In this document: positions 60,249 through 64,000 of the stretch, piece by piece
Layout of the letters: each line of letters starts with the position of its first letter
Position numbering within the stretch: position 1 is the first letter of the stretch
Origin: an uncultured Nitrososphaerota archaeon
Lineage (GTDB): Archaea; Thermoproteota; Nitrososphaeria; Nitrososphaerales; Nitrosopumilaceae
Assembly (NCBI GenBank): GCA_963701075.1
Contig: OY969559.1
Coordinates: forward strand, 1,184,577 to 1,248,576
Length of the DNA: 64,000 nucleotides
Direction: 5' to 3'
Notes under the pieces: generated by a model
Seen by the model: only the letters and a program-made list of their open reading frames with translations
Told to the model about the DNA's origin: nothing
Database searches by the model: none
Position numbers and translations under genes: made by a program

Positions 60249-61103
60249 TTAACTTTGTAAAAGAACAAACCGCGAATTTTCCGTTATGTTGAATTTATTT
60301 GCAAAGCCGCCGGTTACTTCTAAAACATATTTTGCATTTTGCATTTGGCCCGTGTAAATTGGACATGTGGAATTAGCATGGCAGGGGGACAAGTTTTTTT
60401 CAATGTCTACCACGTTGCCATTGCTGTCAAACCAAATCATATCTAGTGGAAACTGCATATCTATCATCCACATTGAAACTATCTGCGGTTGTGGGAATAC
60501 GAAGATCATTCCCTGATTGTATGGAAGTTGTTGCTGAAATTGTAATCCTTCTGTCATCCTGTCTGGCGTATCTGCAATTTGGACATCAAGTGTCATGTTA
60601 TCTAGTTTGATCTTGCCTTTTGGGAAATTGTCTGTTAGCAGGTTAGAGTCCTGTTCAGTGGTCTGATTTCCAGAAGGTTTGAGATTGATCTCTCCACTGT
60701 TAACCAAGTACTGTATGTCTGCGAGAAACTCGTAGTCAGAAACACTTCCATTAACCCACCAACTGGCAACATTTTTTATCCATGAGGGAATTGGCTGTTG
60801 CAGCTCGACATTATATCCATGAGGAAGCAACGCGATGCCATTTGCATCAAGATATCGTATGCCCAAAACAAATTGTGAATCTGTAAGTTTTCCTTGTACC
60901 CACAAACTTGTATTGTTTTTAATCCAATATGGAACGTATATGGAAATTATGTTGGAAGATTGTGTGTTTGAGGTATTATTGCTAGATTGTGCAAATGCTG
61001 ATTTTGTCACTTGTTGATTCTGCATTAAGGGACTGCCAGTAATTCCAAGTATGGATACTGCAAGTAACATGCCACAAAATAACGCACGTGTTTTTTGGCT
61101 CAA
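60249..61103 (-). CDS. Secreted protein: two WW-type thaumarchaeal repeats fused to a C-terminal DUF192 domain
   Basis: 284 aa; WIKNNTSLWVQGKLTDSQFVLGIRYLDANGIA and IPSWIKNVASWWVNGSVSDYEFLADIQYLVNSGEI; DUF192-like MIFVF...MWMIDMQFPLDMIWFDSNGNVV. Confidence 0.5.
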   Translation of the reverse strand: MSQKTRALFCGMLLAVSILGITGSPLMQNQQVTKSAFAQSSNNTSNTQSSNIISIYVPYWIKNNTSLWVQGKLTDSQFVLGIRYLDANGIALLPHGYNVELQQPIPSWIKNVASWWVNGSVSDYEFLADIQYLVNSGEINLKPSGNQTTEQDSNLLTDNFPKGKIKLDNMTLDVQIADTPDRMTEGLQFQQQLPYNQGMIFVFPQPQIVSMWMIDMQFPLDMIWFDSNGNVVDIEKNLSPCHANSTCPIYTGQMQNAKYVLEVTGGFANKFNITENSRFVLLQS

Positions 61104-61191
61104 ATCTTATTTGCATTTTCTTGTTAGTGTATTAAAAAGTCTAATGATGACTTGGGAAAATGTCATTCTTGCCAAAATATTCTCAGTGTAT

Positions 61192-61473
61192 CTAAGGTGT
61201 TGCATCAAGTATGCTTCGTTTTATCTGGGCTGCTCTTTTTTTAATTATTTGTGTGAATTCCTGCATGTCTTCCAAGGATGGTTTTTGCTGCAGATTGGTG
61301 TACGACTGAATAAATGCCGAGTAAATGGAGCCTAGGATGATGCCAAAAGCAGCTGCTGAAACATCGCCTGCCTCGTCAGCATACGACTTTGCCATCTGTT
61401 TGTATGATGATGCCTCGCTTATGTAATAATCAACTAGGCTATCAATAAAGCTCCTAGTTGAGACAGAAATCAC
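61192..61473 (-). CDS. Hypothetical protein
   Basis: 93-aa ORF. Confidence 0.3.
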   Translation of the reverse strand: MISVSTRSFIDSLVDYYISEASSYKQMAKSYADEAGDVSAAAFGIILGSIYSAFIQSYTNLQQKPSLEDMQEFTQIIKKRAAQIKRSILDATP

Positions 61474-61741
61474 AAACTAGAGTTGAGTCTTATTCTTTAT
61501 AATGTTTAATGCTGGCAAATTAACGTTCAATTTTAGAGAGTTTGCAAATATAATTTGACCTCATTTCTTTTGTAGAAAAATAACAACGGTAATCTGTGCC
61601 GATTGAAATTAACCGCATCAATAGGGAATGTCCCCAGTGTAAAAACTCAACTGTATTTAATACTGGCAAGAGTTACTTTTGTGGGAAATGCCTTAACACC
61701 GTTTCCATATCCTAATCAAGAAGTAGTTTTTTAGGTAAAGT

Positions 61742-62200
61742 ATGATGTGGAAAGTAGAGCGAGAAGGATATTATTATAAAATATATGATCAGAGAAAAAA
61801 CGTAGCTGGCTACTTTGCTCCTGAATACGGTGCTATCTATCCAGAAGAAAAAGCAGACGAAGTAATAGAACAAATGCACAAGCGGCATGAAACCGTCAAA
61901 AGCGGATATCTTATGATTCCAATGGTAAAATTTGGAATCTTTGGAGAAGACAGAGAGATGCATTTTGCATACCTGCTAAAACAACTAGATGACATAAAAA
62001 AACGCATTACGGTGTGGTCTGATTTTATTATAAACAACCACATAAGGCATCACAAGATTACGATATCTCACACAGATCATGACATGCTAAGCATTACCTT
62101 GGATCTGGTATTTCCGTCACCACTAGAACTTGAAAAAAATGCCATACAAAATGAGATTGGGAAAATACTGGACTTGATTCAAGCAGATGGTCTACTGTGA
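61742..62200 (+). CDS. Hypothetical protein
   Basis: 152-aa ORF. Confidence 0.35.
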   Translation: MMWKVEREGYYYKIYDQRKNVAGYFAPEYGAIYPEEKADEVIEQMHKRHETVKSGYLMIPMVKFGIFGEDREMHFAYLLKQLDDIKKRITVWSDFIINNHIRHHKITISHTDHDMLSITLDLVFPSPLELEKNAIQNEIGKILDLIQADGLL

Positions 62201-62704
62201 ACTGCCTGATTTTGCATTGTTAAAAGACTGTAGCGCATTCATCTCGTATTGAAATGAGTCTTGTAGTAGTTGGTCTGATTTTGCTCTAGTTGCATTATCT
62301 CCCGTCTGAATCCATTCTTTTAGGAGGTTGTCACTTTCTAGCTGTGTCTGCGTTGATAGTCTGAAAAGCTGCAATGACGCTACAAAGGGTTCCGGCGGAT
62401 TCAAACCGTCATACGAGGTTAGTATATTTTGCATCTCTGCAATGTGCGCATCTGTTATGTTTAGCATCTGATCCTTTGTTATCTGACCCTTCTCATACAT
62501 TGTAAGATTGGCGTCAAAACCAATGGTTTGATTTTTTAATTCAGACTGGATAAATGCCAAGTTGTCGCCAAATCTTTGTCCTGCCAGATTGGCTTGGTCT
62601 AAATAATAATTGAAAGCAATCACTGCGATTATTATGATAACTCCTATTATGATTGCAATTTGTAAACGTCTTTTGGGATTTGGAGGCTTTGGTATTTTCT
62701 TCAC
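62192..62704 (-). CDS. Membrane-anchored hypothetical protein
   Basis: 170 aa; N-terminal TM IAIIIGVIIIIAVIAFNYY. Confidence 0.35.
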   Translation of the reverse strand: MKKIPKPPNPKRRLQIAIIIGVIIIIAVIAFNYYLDQANLAGQRFGDNLAFIQSELKNQTIGFDANLTMYEKGQITKDQMLNITDAHIAEMQNILTSYDGLNPPEPFVASLQLFRLSTQTQLESDNLLKEWIQTGDNATRAKSDQLLQDSFQYEMNALQSFNNAKSGSSQ

Positions 62705-62761
62705 AAATCGGCTAGATTGTCATGTGAAATAAATCGTTTGCTGCATCCATCTTCAATTTAT

Positions 62762-63049
62762 CTAATCTATGTAATTTCCTTCTGGGTCAGCTTTTAACTC
62801 AATTATCATTACACTACCGCTGATGTAGGAATCATTTCTTGTAGTCCTGACGCGACCTATTTCAAGATGGTATGGCCAAACATCTACAACTACGGTTCCA
62901 ACTTTTACATCGGTTGGCGCATCTGTGAATTGGATATCTTCTTTTTTTATTCCATACTCTACTAGCTTTTTGATACAGTGATCAAGCAATGGCTGGGGAA
63001 GACCGTGATTTATGGCCCAAACGGTCCCTTCATAATCAATTTTTTCCAA
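62762..63049 (-). CDS. Hypothetical protein
   Basis: 95-aa ORF. Confidence 0.3.
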   Translation of the reverse strand: MEKIDYEGTVWAINHGLPQPLLDHCIKKLVEYGIKKEDIQFTDAPTDVKVGTVVVDVWPYHLEIGRVRTTRNDSYISGSVMIIELKADPEGNYID

Positions 63050-63111
63050 CTAATTATCAGCAAGTTTAGCGTTTTTTTAAAGCTATCTGAATCAGAAAAT
63101 GTCCGAAATTC

Positions 63112-63348
63112 CTATCCAGAGGTTGTTACTTTCAAAGTCATAGTGCTCTCAACTCTTGAAATGGTTCGAATCTTGCGAGATACTGTCTGATCAAATTCCT
63201 CCGAAGTTGGAGCTTGCAATTCTGCTATCACATCATATGCGCCAAAAGTCACATGAGCGTTTTTGACTTGAGGTATGAGCTTTAACTCTTCCATAACATA
63301 CTCTTCTGCACCAATATCGCAATTTATCAAGACAAACCCCTGCTCCAT
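63112..63348 (-). CDS. Stand-alone Lrp/AsnC ligand-binding (RAM) domain protein
   Basis: 78 aa; beta-alpha-beta-beta-alpha-beta pattern VLINCDIGAEEYVMEELKLIPQVKNAHVTFGAYDVIAEL. Confidence 0.5.
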   Translation of the reverse strand: MEQGFVLINCDIGAEEYVMEELKLIPQVKNAHVTFGAYDVIAELQAPTSEEFDQTVSRKIRTISRVESTMTLKVTTSG

Positions 63349-63465
63349 ACTTTTCTCAAATATGCAAATTACTTAACTTTGTCTATTCTGCATGCCAGAC
63401 CAAAAATTGAAAAATATAGTTTTTGAAATATTGATAAATTCTCTAAAAAGCAGACCGCCAGACAA

Positions 63466-63828
63466 TCAGTGGCGCAACAGATCTAGTACCTTAAACGGGG
63501 TTGCAGATAAATCAATTTCTTTTTCTGCAGACAAGAGAAGCAGATTATCCCTTACAGGAAAACTCATGATTACAACTTTTTCCCTGTACGACATGGCAAA
63601 AGAAACTCGTCCTAGCACACTGTCAAACCCCTGACGCATCTTGGCTCTTGTAACGATGCCACAGTAGAGTGACTCGTCATCCTTTTTATCTCCTATGGGT
63701 TTGATGCCGCTCTTCATTCCGCCGCCTATTAATTTACCATCTTGGTTAATCATGCCGACAAATCTTATCTTGGCATCAATTTCCATTATTTTCTCACAAA
63801 GTTTGTTAAAATCACTGCGCGCTATCAT
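63466..63828 (-). CDS. Roadblock/LC7-like small protein (tentative)
   Basis: 120 aa; size and alternating pattern compatible with MglB/Roadblock fold. Confidence 0.3.
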   Translation of the reverse strand: MIARSDFNKLCEKIMEIDAKIRFVGMINQDGKLIGGGMKSGIKPIGDKKDDESLYCGIVTRAKMRQGFDSVLGRVSFAMSYREKVVIMSFPVRDNLLLLSAEKEIDLSATPFKVLDLLRH

Positions 63829-64000
63829 TTTGACAGTATTTTACACGGGATTGCTATTAACCTAGTCGATTTTTCAGGTGTTGATGCCTAATGCATTCTC
63901 TCTGTCTGGGTATAACACAGTAAAAACTCGAGATAAAATATTAAAGAAGCCAATGAGGAGATTTTGTCAAAAGATCTAAAAAGCCCACCTTTCAAGCGTA

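Noticed and set aside
63392-63634. 80-aa plus-strand ORF
   Set aside because: Antisense to the roadblock-like gene 63466-63828
1-64000. CRISPR arrays, rRNA and tRNA genes
   Set aside because: Scanned intergenic regions (1116-1311, 2806-3204, 8604-8942, 9444-9825, 13606-13838, 14972-15478, 40851-41226, 45412-45746, 49412-49554) by eye; found no regularly spaced direct repeats and no T-loop/anticodon-arm-like tRNA signatures

Overview
This is a low-GC prokaryotic window, almost certainly archaeal. Evidence: an archaeal-type AAA ATPase, an F420-type luciferase-like oxidoreductase, Cdc6-like genes absent, and three secreted proteins carrying the C-terminal 'IPSW(I/V)KNxAxWWxxGQISDxEF(V/I)xGIQ(Y/W)LIxxGII' repeat I associate with ammonia-oxidising Nitrososphaerota (Thaumarchaeota). 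The lineage call is inference. Housekeeping content: folate and purine genes (folD, 5-formyl-THF cyclo-ligase, purN), citrate synthase, glycerate kinase, NUDIX, RidA, a YyaL-like thioredoxin-domain protein, and several two-component sensors. One operon places a membrane-anchored metzincin-like protease between a response regulator and a histidine kinase. A uvrC-uvrA-uvrB locus (17.5-23.9 kb) is complete in content, but every gene is broken by single-base frameshifts. A tnpB-only IS200/IS605 element, a phasin-like gene and an nrnA-like gene are also frameshifted. This means either genuine decay or error-prone sequence.

The most interesting region is 41.2-54.5 kb, which looks like an integrase-bearing island: a tyrosine integrase next to a P-loop helicase-like gene and a zinc-finger protein. 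Its cargo reads like a defence module. It holds (1) a 951-aa protein with an N-terminal SIR2_2-type (ThsA/DSR-like) domain fused to long beta-rich repeats and a C-terminal cupredoxin fold, (2) an archaeal AAA ATPase with a winged-helix C-terminus, bracketed by 30-bp near-identical direct copies of a palindromic GTGTAGACAATGTAGACAAAT motif that also recurs elsewhere, (3) a 484-aa protein with a C-terminal HEPN-like Rx4H motif (ApeA-like), and (4) a small AbrB/SpoVT-like protein. A second toxin-antitoxin-like pair sits at 3.2-4.8 kb: a wHTH + HEPN-motif protein followed by a minimal nucleotidyltransferase, behind a perfect 16-bp palindrome. I did not recognise any CRISPR arrays, rRNA or tRNA genes.
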